From an uncultured Opitutales bacterium (GTDB taxonomy: Bacteria > Verrucomicrobiota > Verrucomicrobiia > Opitutales > T3Sed10-336): a stretch of 64,000 nucleotides of DNA. The position numbers and the translations under genes were made by a program. The notes beneath the pieces are model-generated. The model had not been told where the DNA came from. It saw nothing but the letters and a program-made list of their open reading frames with translations, and searched no databases. The stretch spans positions 18,480 to 82,479 of the forward strand of contig CAZYAN010000009.1 of NCBI GenBank assembly GCA_964645585.1. Reading direction: 5' to 3'. Positions 53,250-61,458 of the stretch are shown in pieces. Numbering within the stretch: the first letter of the stretch is position 1; every line of letters starts with the position of its first letter.

Positions 53250-54423
53250 GGGCCGCGCCGGCAGCCGCCGCCGGTTCGGCGACGCCGCCCCCGTTCATCT
53301 CGTCCGGAAGGCCCTCCGCCAAAGCGGTGATCTCCCGGATCAGCGTGTCAATTGCGCGAGCCCGGCTCGCTTCCAGAGCCTTCAGGAGAACAACCTCCAA
53401 ATTGACCTTCTCGGAGAGCCCGGTTTTCACGCTCTCCTCGCCCGCCTGCAATTCATCAAGCAGGCGAACCAGCGCCTCGGTGGTCAGCGCAATGCCGAGT
53501 CGATCACTTCGGCCGCGGTTGCGGATCGCATCGAGCAGCACCTCGCGAACGACCTCTTGCAAATCGAGGAGAACCCGAAACAGATCGCGGCCTTCCGCGG
53601 CGATCTCATCGACCATCTCAACAATCTTTACCGCGTCGCCCGACGCAACCGCCGAGGCCAGCGCCGAGATCCGCTCGCGGTCGACGAGCCCATAAACGTC
53701 CAGAACATCGCTGGCCGAAATCTTCTCGCCGCAAAACGCGATCATCTGGTCGAGGATCGACTGTCCGTCGCGCATGCCGCCTTGCGCAAGGCGCGCGATC
53801 GCCCGCAAGGCTTCGTCGTCCGCGTCAATTTTCTCTTCGCGGCAGATCAGCGCCAGACGTTCCGCGATCAAGTCCTCGGAAATCGGTTTCAGCTCAAAAC
53901 GCTGGCAGCGCGAGACGATCGTCGGGAGAACTTTTTGCGCTTCCGTCGTGGCAAAGACAAACTTCACATGCGCGGGCGGCTCTTCGAGCGTCTTCAACAA
54001 GGCGTTGAATGCCTGGTTCGAAAGCATATGGACCTCGTCGATGATGTAGATCTTAAAGCGCCCCTGCGTCGGCGCATAGCGCACGTCGTCGCGAAGGTCT
54101 CGAATCTGGTCGACCGAATTGTTGGAGGCGCCGTCAATCTCCATGACATCCATCGAGGAGCCGGAGTTGATCGCCCGGCAGTTGGCGCACTCCCCGCACG
54201 GCGTCGGGGTCGGGCCTTTGTCGCAGTTCAGCGCGCGGGCGAAAATGCGCGCGGTTGAGGTCTTGCCAGTTCCGCGCGGACCGACGAAAAGATAGGCGTG
54301 CGCGATCCGGCCGCTTTCGATGGCATTGCGGAGCGTCCGCACGATATGGTCCTGCCCGACGACGTCCGCAAACTGCTGCGGCCGCCATTTCCTCGCGATA
54401 ACCTCGTACCCTGCTTCTGCCAT
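53233..54423 (-). CDS. dnaX: DNA polymerase III subunit gamma/tau, zero-frame product (gamma-like, 396 aa)
   Basis: Walker A is GPRGTGKTS. The zinc module is [11 protein letters not shown], followed by IIDEVHML and SRCQRF. The ORF ends ...GAAQKKKS* inside an A10 run. Confidence 0.9.
   Translation of the reverse strand: MAEAGYEVIARKWRPQQFADVVGQDHIVRTLRNAIESGRIAHAYLFVGPRGTGKTSTARIFARALNCDKGPTPTPCGECANCRAINSGSSMDVMEIDGASNNSVDQIRDLRDDVRYAPTQGRFKIYIIDEVHMLSNQAFNALLKTLEEPPAHVKFVFATTEAQKVLPTIVSRCQRFELKPISEDLIAERLALICREEKIDADDEALRAIARLAQGGMRDGQSILDQMIAFCGEKISASDVLDVYGLVDRERISALASAVASGDAVKIVEMVDEIAAEGRDLFRVLLDLQEVVREVLLDAIRNRGRSDRLGIALTTEALVRLLDELQAGEESVKTGLSEKVNLEVVLLKALEASRARAIDTLIREITALAEGLPDEMNGGGVAEPAAAAGAAQKKKS
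53240..53249 (-). promoter_or_regulatory. A10 homopolymer containing an in-phase A_AAA_AAG slippery heptamer (candidate recoding or transcriptional slippage site)
   Basis: The minus strand reads GCC CAA AAA AAA AAG TCC TGA. The heptamer A_AAA_AAG is in the same phase as the E. coli dnaX frameshift site. Confidence 0.6.
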
Positions 54424-54505
54424 ATTAACTGTCTGTTATTTGGTTACTGGTTATCGGTTATTCGTTTTCAGTGATCGCCCGGTCACGGAGAGAGAAGAAA
54501 AAAAA

Positions 54506-54606
54506 GTGGCCAGGCACCCTACGGCACATGCGGATCATGGTCACCGTTGCTACCTTCCGGTCCTGGCGGAGTTCACCTGTCCGGCATTGCATAGGACCTG
54601 GCCACC
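54506..54606 (-). ncRNA. ffs: signal recognition particle RNA (small 4.5S type)
   Basis: The minus strand reads GGTGGCCAGGTCCTATGCAATGCCGGACAGGTGAACTCCGCCAGGACCGGAAGGTAGCAACGGTGACCATGATCCGCATGTGCCGTAGGGTGCCTGGCCAC followed by T8. It contains the conserved domain-IV core CAGGaCCGGAAGGuAGCA with a GGAA tetraloop. The 5' and 3' ends pair (GGTGGCCAGG/CCTGGCCAC). It sits directly upstream of dnaX, a common synteny. Confidence 0.8.
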
Positions 54607-54906
54607 TTCGAAGCTACGTCGCCTTCTCCCCAATTCAACCCAAAAGCCGCGGATTTTTCCGCGTGCGACGCAAACATCGAATTATCCGCGGCTTATCGAT
54701 CGGCAACACGCAGGCGCCGCTTGCGGGGCGCGCAACCATCGCCGAAAGCGGTCTTCCAAACCCGAAAGACGCTTCTAAGGGATTTCCCGTTTCCCCGGGC
54801 GTCCTGTTGTTGAGAAACCATCGACCGCTTATATTCCGCAACCGGGCGAAGCGTTTTCGCCGATCATCCGATAAACCCGAACCACAACACAAAACGAAGA
54901 AGAACC

Positions 54907-55839
54907 ATGTTCCTGCGAATTGACCGACTGCCTGTTCAACTCCCCGTCTCCCCAAAAGAAGATCCGATTGCCGCGAAAAATGTGCAGGAGCTGCTCGGCG
55001 GCCGCTTCGGCGAAATGTCGACCTTAATGAACTACACCTATCAGTCGTTCGGCATGCGCGGCCGCGAAAAGATCCGTCCGTTTTACGCCCTGATCGCCAA
55101 TATCGCCGCGGAGGAGTTCGGCCATATCGAGATCGTTTCGGCTGCGATCAACTCCTGTCTCAACGGCCCGCGGACCGATTTCGACGATTCCGGCACGATG
55201 GAGGAAGGCGTCTGGAAGGACCTTCCCGGCGGGGTTTTCGGCGGGCATTACATCGCCTCTGGACAAAGCGCGCTGCCCGTCGATTCGCGAGGTATGCCGT
55301 GGACCGGCGATTACGTCTTTTCCTCCGGCAACCTGATCCTCGACCTCCTCCACAACTTTTTCCTCGAAAACGGCGCCCGCACCCAAAAGTTGCGCGTCTA
55401 CCAGATGACGGACAACCCGGCCGCGCGCATGATGCTCGGCTACCTCTTTGTGCGCGGCGGCGTCCACGCCATGGCCTACGCCAAGGCGCTTGAAGAGCTG
55501 ACCGGTGTCAAAATGAGCCAGATGCTGCCCATTCCCAAAATCGGCAATGCCTCCTGCCCCGAATCCCGGAAGTTTATGGAAGAGGGCGTTCACCTGCGTC
55601 TCTATCGCCTGTCGCCGAATGATTATCACGAAGCCGGCGCCATTTGGGACGGTGAAGCGCCGAAAGAATACACGGAAGGTTTCTGTGACGGCGGCCGCTT
55701 TGAATTTGTCGACGCGCCTCCATCCGGGGGTGATCTCACCCATCTCGCGGGAATCGCGTCGAGTTTTTCGCCCGAATATGCACCTGAAGAGATCATGGAG
55801 ATCGCCAGCAAACTTTACAAAAAAGCAAAAAATCTTTGA
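54907..55839 (+). CDS. manganese catalase family protein
   Basis: 310 aa. The N-terminus MFLRIDRLPVQLP...ELLGGRFGEMSTLMNYTYQSF and the metal ligand region AAEEFGHIE are the Mn-catalase signature. Confidence 0.85.
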   Translation: MFLRIDRLPVQLPVSPKEDPIAAKNVQELLGGRFGEMSTLMNYTYQSFGMRGREKIRPFYALIANIAAEEFGHIEIVSAAINSCLNGPRTDFDDSGTMEEGVWKDLPGGVFGGHYIASGQSALPVDSRGMPWTGDYVFSSGNLILDLLHNFFLENGARTQKLRVYQMTDNPAARMMLGYLFVRGGVHAMAYAKALEELTGVKMSQMLPIPKIGNASCPESRKFMEEGVHLRLYRLSPNDYHEAGAIWDGEAPKEYTEGFCDGGRFEFVDAPPSGGDLTHLAGIASSFSPEYAPEEIMEIASKLYKKAKNL

Positions 55840-55905
55840 TCCGAAGAAGGATCGCCTTCCGAATCATGATTGCCGCCGACATCCTTCTCCGGCAAAATAC
55901 GGCGG

Positions 55906-57465
55906 ATGGCGGAGGAGTTTGATTTCTTGATTATCGGGTCGGGCATGGCCGGATTGAGCGCCGGCGCCTTGCTCGCGCATGCCGGACACTCCGTCTGCCT
56001 TCTCGAAGCCCACGAACATCCAGGAGGATGCGCCCACAGTTTCCCGATGGGTCCGTACACGTTCTGCGCGGCGGTCCACTACATCTTTTATTGCGGCGAG
56101 GGAGAACCGGTTTTCAACCTCCTGAAAAAACTCGGACTTCACGAGACGGTGACGTTTGAGCGTCTCGACCCGAATGGCTACGATCACTTTAGCTGCCCCG
56201 AAGCGGGCATCCGTCTGGGCATACCGAACGGCCTCGATTGCTGGGCGGAACGGCTGATCGATCGGTTTCCCGAACATCGCACGCGCATCCGCGGGTTCTT
56301 TGACGTCGTTCGCGCGATTACCCGGGAGCTGCGCGACCTTCCGTATGAATGGTCCTGGCGCGAATACTTCAACGCGATTTTCCGCAGCCGCGCCATCCTG
56401 CGCTATCGGCGGTGGACGCTGCAAAATCTCTTCGACCGTCTCGCGCTCCCAGCCGAGGTGCAGGCCGTTCTCGCGACGCAGGTCGGCGATCTTGGCCTTC
56501 CCCCCGAACGGGTTTCGCTCGTGATCTACGCTGCCCTCATTTGGAGCTATGGTCTCGGCGCCTACCATCCGACGCATCACTTCCGGCATTTGGTCGAGTC
56601 GCTGGCCAACGTCATCCGCCAATCGCCTCGAAGCGAATTCCTTCTCAACGCGGAGGTGTCACGGCTCTCGCTGCGATCCGGACGGTTGACGGAAGCCGTC
56701 ACGCGCGACGGGAGCGTCTTTCGCGCCCGCGTCTTCCTTGCGAACACCGATCCAAAAACCTGCGTTGAGCTGATCGGTCGCGAACATTTCAGCTCGTCCT
56801 TTCTCAGAAAGATCGAATACTCGTATTCAGTCTCTTCTTACACAGTCTACCTGGCGATCCGCGATATCGATCTGCGAGCTTGCGGATTTGGAAACTGGAA
56901 TATCTGGCACTATCCCCATCTCGATCTCAATCGCGCGTATCGCGATCAAGTCGACGGAAACGATCTCAGCAACCCGTGGCTTTTCCTTTCGACGCCGACT
57001 CTCTGCGCCCCCCGCGCCTCGCCGCGCGCCTGCCCGGACGGAGAAGAAATACTCGAAGTCGTCACCGTCGCTGGCCATGACTCCTTCGCCTCGCTCCGCC
57101 ACAACGATCGGCGCGCGTACAACAAGAAGAAGCGAGAAATCACCGCCGGCATTTTGAAGCTGATCGAACGTCACTACATCCCCGGCCTGCGCGCCCACCT
57201 GACGTTCAAACTGTCGGGAACTCCCGCGACAAATGTGCGCTATCTCTGGGCTCCGGCCGGCAACATTTACGGCAGCGAGTTGACTCCCGCCAACGTCGAC
57301 TTCGACCGCCTCAGACACCGCACGCCGATTCCCAACCTCTTTCTCACCGGTGCCAGTTCCGCCTTTCCCAGTGTCGGCGCGACTGTGCTCGGAGGCTCAC
57401 GTCTCTACACTCGCCTGACGGGGGATCCAGTGAATCCGGCGCGCGACCTTCACGGCACTTGGTAA
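55906..57465 (+). CDS. NAD(P)/FAD-dependent oxidoreductase of the phytoene desaturase (CrtI-like) family
   Basis: MAEEFDFLIIGSGMAGLSAGALLAHAGHSVCLLEAHEHPGG is an FAD dinucleotide fold. The C-terminal motif is LFLTGASSAFPSVG. The track start 55870 is 12 codons upstream. Confidence 0.75.
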   Translation: MAEEFDFLIIGSGMAGLSAGALLAHAGHSVCLLEAHEHPGGCAHSFPMGPYTFCAAVHYIFYCGEGEPVFNLLKKLGLHETVTFERLDPNGYDHFSCPEAGIRLGIPNGLDCWAERLIDRFPEHRTRIRGFFDVVRAITRELRDLPYEWSWREYFNAIFRSRAILRYRRWTLQNLFDRLALPAEVQAVLATQVGDLGLPPERVSLVIYAALIWSYGLGAYHPTHHFRHLVESLANVIRQSPRSEFLLNAEVSRLSLRSGRLTEAVTRDGSVFRARVFLANTDPKTCVELIGREHFSSSFLRKIEYSYSVSSYTVYLAIRDIDLRACGFGNWNIWHYPHLDLNRAYRDQVDGNDLSNPWLFLSTPTLCAPRASPRACPDGEEILEVVTVAGHDSFASLRHNDRRAYNKKKREITAGILKLIERHYIPGLRAHLTFKLSGTPATNVRYLWAPAGNIYGSELTPANVDFDRLRHRTPIPNLFLTGASSAFPSVGATVLGGSRLYTRLTGDPVNPARDLHGTW

Positions 57466-58638
57466 AAAGCGCTGCCGCGCAAGAATGTCGTTCGCCGCGT
57501 AAAGACCGGTCAAAAAGCTGTCCTCCAACCCGCAGATGTTGTGATCGCCGATCGTATATAGATTCGGTCGCGGTGAAAGCGGCCGCCATTGATCACCTGC
57601 AAGGACGACCGCTGTTTTCCAGCAGACCCGGCCGTCGACCCGCGGCCGTTCATAATAAACCGACAAATCGGGTTCCGGTTCGCGCGAGAAAACCAGGTCA
57701 TAATCGCCGAGCGGCAAGAGGACCGTTGCGGGGCCGCCGGTTCCAGGAAATACCGTGCGTCCCGGCAGGTACTGCCGGCGGCGGCGGCCTTGCACATGGA
57801 TCGCGCAGCAGGATACCGTGCGAACAGATTTGGAGTATCCGAGCCAGTCCGAGTCGGGGCAAAACGAGCGCGCATTGTTCACGGGCGTCGCAATGACCAC
57901 GCTGCGCGCGCGATAGAGGCGCGTCTCCGTTCCCACAAGGAACTTTCCAAAAGGCGCGGGCTCGACCTGGAGCACTTTGCCCAGATCAATCCGCCGCTCG
58001 TATCCCGCCGTCATTCGGTCGAGGGTCGACGAAAAGTCCGCTACGTACGTCGGCAGCAGAATGGGCATCAAGCAGGCCAGGTAGTAAAATGTATTGATAT
58101 TTTGGGTACTCGAAAAAACGGTCGACGAAACGATCGGATTTGTAAAGAGCCGATCAACCTCCTCCAGACCGTTCCGGCGCACGAACTCCTCCGCCGGTTC
58201 TCGAACCGCGTTGAGCAGCACCGAGTCCTGTTGAAGGAGCTCCGCCTGACAGCAGAAGGGGACGCCGCCGCGCAGCGCGTTCAGGCGGCGCCGAAACTCG
58301 ATCAGTCCGCGGTACAGGCGAGCGATCTTTCCGCTGTGACAAATGTTTGACGGGTGAAAGATCTTCCTGAACCGGTCGCGTTCGCCATCGTGAAGGAAGT
58401 AAACGTCGTTCATCCGGACACGCCTTCCCGGCCGGACAAACCGCAGGACGTTGCGATAATCACTGGTCAGGTACGTGGCGCCGAAATTCCGCGACGGCGG
58501 TCCGCTTTTCGCATGCATCCGCCCTCCCAATCGATCGGTGACCATGACAAAGCTGCTTCCCCTCTCGTGGAGGCGGCGGGCGCAGCTCAGCCCGGCGATT
58601 CCGCCGCCTATGATCACTGTGTCGGTTTCCCGCGGCAT
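57397..58638 (-). CDS. FAD-dependent oxidoreductase (amine-oxidase-like fold)
   Basis: 413 aa with TVIIGGGIAGLSCARRLHERG...DRLGGR and a C-terminal YTIGDHNICGLEDSFLTGLYAA. Its 3' end overlaps the convergent CrtI-like gene by 69 nt. Confidence 0.7.
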   Translation of the reverse strand: MPRETDTVIIGGGIAGLSCARRLHERGSSFVMVTDRLGGRMHAKSGPPSRNFGATYLTSDYRNVLRFVRPGRRVRMNDVYFLHDGERDRFRKIFHPSNICHSGKIARLYRGLIEFRRRLNALRGGVPFCCQAELLQQDSVLLNAVREPAEEFVRRNGLEEVDRLFTNPIVSSTVFSSTQNINTFYYLACLMPILLPTYVADFSSTLDRMTAGYERRIDLGKVLQVEPAPFGKFLVGTETRLYRARSVVIATPVNNARSFCPDSDWLGYSKSVRTVSCCAIHVQGRRRRQYLPGRTVFPGTGGPATVLLPLGDYDLVFSREPEPDLSVYYERPRVDGRVCWKTAVVLAGDQWRPLSPRPNLYTIGDHNICGLEDSFLTGLYAANDILARQRFLPSAVKVARRIHWIPRQASVET

Positions 58639-58911
58639 GTCGATTTGGGGTCGAAAAACGTGGCAACAGCACCATAACCCCGCAGGAAACGCGTTTCCAT
58701 CAGGGCGCTCCCCGAGTCATCGATACGACAATGCCGGGGGTCCCCTTTTTTCTGACCGCTGTCGGAAAATCACTGAGAGCCGCTTCAGGCGGACCGGTGT
58801 TTGCGAGCATCGTCAAAGGCCATTAGGATTTCCCAAAAGAGAAGAGGAATAGGGAACCGCGCAACAGCAACCACGCGTCTAGCGGCAGGCGCGATCAACG
58901 GAGGACTTACT

Positions 58912-59280
58912 ATGATTTCAACGCGAACCCACGGAATTCTTGACTACGTGATCGGAGCCTTGCTGATTATCGCGCCTTGGCTCCTAGGCTTTGCCGATGG
59001 CGGCGCCGCGATGTGGACGCCGATTCTGATCGGAGCGGCCATCATCGCTTCCGCGCTGTTCACCAAATACGAACTTGGGGTGGTTCGAGCGCTCCCGATG
59101 CGTGTCCATCTCGGACTGGATATCGTGCTCGGCATCTTCCTCGCACTCTCACCATGGCTCTTGGGCTTCTCAGAGCTCGTGTGGGCTCCGCACCTGATCG
59201 TCGGGCTCATCGTCCTCGGGAGCGGAATGATGACCCACAAGACATCTCCCCTCGAACAGGCAACCATTCGCCATCCCTGA
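58912..59280 (+). CDS. SPW-repeat small membrane protein
   Basis: ATG at 58912 is preceded by GGAGGA. MISTRTHGILDYVIGALLIIAPWLLGF ... LGIFLALSPWLLGF forms two (S/A)PW repeats in 4 TM helices. The track start 58801 is an unlikely upstream extension. Confidence 0.65.
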   Translation: MISTRTHGILDYVIGALLIIAPWLLGFADGGAAMWTPILIGAAIIASALFTKYELGVVRALPMRVHLGLDIVLGIFLALSPWLLGFSELVWAPHLIVGLIVLGSGMMTHKTSPLEQATIRHP

Positions 59281-59430
59281 CCGCCAGATTCACGGGGTTA
59301 GTGCGCTGGGAACGCTGGAAGATTCGCTCGCTTCGCGCCAGCGTGCGGGCGCCCCTGTCCGCCTTGGAAATAACCCGCACGCGCAATCGGCAGGGTGCGT
59401 CGTCTACCATGATCGCGCGCCGCTCATGAA

Positions 59431-59504
59431 CCGAGCGGTGTGCATGGCTATTTGTGTGAGCGTCCCAACCGTATCGCGAGGGTTCGACTCCCTCCGCCCG
59501 GACC
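59431..59504 (+). pseudogene. decayed tRNA-Gly-like sequence, inverted relative to the intact tRNA-Gly(CCC)
   Basis: The sequence is CCGAGCGGTGTGCATGGCTATTTGTGTGAGCGTCCCAACCGTATCGCGAGGGTTCGACTCCCTCCGCCCGGACC. The 24 nt at 59477-59500 are identical to the T-arm and acceptor 3' strand of the tRNA at 59990-60064. The rest is about two-thirds identical by eye, with a broken anticodon stem, an acceptor mismatch and no CCA. Confidence 0.55.
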
Positions 59505-59637
59505 GTTCTAGCTTCGACCGATGATCCCGACCCCAAGTTACGAGACGCACTTGACTTACGAAGATGCGTTTCACAGAATCCACTAAACTGCTTTTCCACA
59601 TGACACCCTTTTCTGGTGCCCCGAAGCTATCAGCCAG

Positions 59638-59967
59638 ATGGGTGGCCAACTCGTCTCCCTCGTTCAAACCTCCTACGCGCTCAACCGCTTCATCACTGGA
59701 CACATCATCACGAAAACCGGCCCCCTCACCATCGAACGCATCGAAGACCAGTCGATGGTCCTGCTCGGCGGCGACGGCTCCCGGCAAAACGACCACTACC
59801 GCCCATGGATCGATTCCGACGGCGCCTCAAACGCGGATCCCCTTCACGGCAACAACGCCAACATCCTCTACGTCGACGGCCACGTTTCCCCCATGAGCCG
59901 GAAAGAGTGGGAAGATCTCCGCTCCGACAAAGACAATATCTTCTGGTACAACCCGAGCTACTACTGA
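59638..59967 (+). pseudogene. C-terminal fragment of a prepilin-type H-X9-DG (DUF1559-like) protein, lacking the N-terminal methylation/TM segment
   Basis: The 109-aa ORF ends ...DPLHGNNANILYVDGHVSPM..., i.e. H-X9-DG followed by GHV. This is the signature C-terminus of the large pseudopilin-like families of Planctomycetes, Verrucomicrobia and Lentisphaerae. No FTLIELLVV-type N-terminus occurs in any frame upstream. Confidence 0.5.
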
Positions 59968-59989
59968 GCCCTCGAAGCGGAAGGGTGAC

Positions 59990-60064
59990 TGGTGCGGGCG
60001 GAGGGAGTCGAACCCTCGTCTCAAGCTTGGGAAGCTCACATAATAGCCGTTATACGACGCCCGC
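59990..60064 (-). tRNA. tRNA-Gly (anticodon CCC), CCA encoded
   Basis: The minus strand reads GCGGGCG TC GTATAACGGCTATTAT G TGAGC TTCCCAA GCTTG AGAC GAGGG TTCGACT CCCTC CGCCCGC A CCA. It closely resembles E. coli tRNA-Gly(CCC) as I recall it. The D-stem has one U-U mismatch. Confidence 0.85.
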
Positions 60065-60142
60065 TTCCGTCAAATAACGCTCCCTAGCAATCGACCGTTT
60101 GCGGATTTTTTCAAGCCGAAAACGCAGGTCGCGACAGCCTGC

Positions 60143-61408
60143 TCATTCATGGCGCAAAGCGATGATCGGGTCCAAACCGGCCGCGCGGATCGCGGGATAG
60201 AGTCCGAACGTCACACCGACCGCGATACTTACGCCAAAGGAGAGGACGATCGAATACACCGGAACGACCGTCGGCATCCCAGAGAGCTGTTCGATAATCT
60301 GCGGGACGATGACCCCCGCGACGATGCCGATCAATCCGCCCGTGCTCGACAAAACGACGGTTTCAACAAGGAATTGACCGACGATCTGCGCCCGCCTCGC
60401 GCCGAGCGCCCGGCGGACGCCGATCTCGCGCGTCCGCTCCGTCACCGACGCGAGCATGATGTTCATGATGCCGATCCCCCCGACAAGCAAACTGATTCCC
60501 GCGATCGATCCGAGGACAATATTAAACGTGCGCTGCGTCTGCTCCGCCTCCCGCAGAAGCGCGAGGGGAACACTGACCCGGTAATCCTCCCGCTGGTGAA
60601 ACCGCGCGAGCATTTTCTGAATCGCCGCGGCTGTGGACTCCACATTCTTGATGCTGTCGACCTCCACCACCAATTGGTGCAGCTCCACCCGGGAACGCTC
60701 CGTCGAACCTTCGCGGCGCCGAATGACCACATCGCCAAATCGCTCGCGAGCGGTTGTCATCGGGATATACGCGTCAATCGCCTGGTCCGGCGTCTGCACG
60801 CCGCCGACCGTCCCGCCAGAATCGCTGCGGATAATCCCAACCACCTTGTAATAATTTTGCCCGATCCGGATGCTGTGCCCCATCGCTTCCTCCGTCGCGA
60901 GAAGGCGCCGGGCTGACTCCTCCGTCAATACACACACATTCGCCCGATCACGCATGTCGCTTTCACTCAGGCGACGGCCGGCGACCAAATCCCGCTCAAC
61001 CAGGTCGAACCAGTCCGGTGTCGTGCCGACAATCCGAAGCTCCATCCGTCTCGCCCCGACACGGGCTTCGTAGGGAATCAGCTTGGCCGGCACCATTCGC
61101 CGGACGTTGGGAATGGTTTCCTTGATGCGCAGCTCGTCATCGTACGTGAGCCCGTAAATACTCATTCGCACGCGCTCCGTTGCCCGGTCCTCCTGCGGCT
61201 GCAGCGAATAGATGATGATATTTTGGCTCCCAAGGCGCCGAATGCGCTCCTGGGCCTCCCGGCTCGCCCCGGTCCCGACCGCAAGCATCGCGATAACGCT
61301 CCCGACGCCGAAAACGACCCCCAGCATCGTCAAAAAGGAACGCAGCTTGTGCAGCAGCAGCGTCTTAACACCGAGTTGAATCAAACGAATGTGACGGGAA
61401 AAATTCAT
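60143..61408 (-). CDS. ABC transporter permease, MacB/FtsX type (no fused ATPase domain)
   Basis: 421 aa. The N-terminal TM is LRSFLTMLGVVFGVGSVIAMLAVG, followed by a periplasmic core domain. The C-terminal FtsX module is GGIGIMNIMLASVTERTREIGVRRALGARRAQIV. Confidence 0.85.
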   Translation of the reverse strand: MNFSRHIRLIQLGVKTLLLHKLRSFLTMLGVVFGVGSVIAMLAVGTGASREAQERIRRLGSQNIIIYSLQPQEDRATERVRMSIYGLTYDDELRIKETIPNVRRMVPAKLIPYEARVGARRMELRIVGTTPDWFDLVERDLVAGRRLSESDMRDRANVCVLTEESARRLLATEEAMGHSIRIGQNYYKVVGIIRSDSGGTVGGVQTPDQAIDAYIPMTTARERFGDVVIRRREGSTERSRVELHQLVVEVDSIKNVESTAAAIQKMLARFHQREDYRVSVPLALLREAEQTQRTFNIVLGSIAGISLLVGGIGIMNIMLASVTERTREIGVRRALGARRAQIVGQFLVETVVLSSTGGLIGIVAGVIVPQIIEQLSGMPTVVPVYSIVLSFGVSIAVGVTFGLYPAIRAAGLDPIIALRHE

Positions 61409-61458
61409 GAAAAGAGGAATCGTCAGCCTAAATCATACACGGGCGGCTCCCCTCTCGC

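Noticed and set aside
59431-60064. Integrated mobile element or prophage at tRNA-Gly.
   Set aside because: No integrase, transposase or phage gene is visible. The repeats are inverted rather than direct, and the enclosed segment is under 500 nt. It is reported only as a rearrangement scar.
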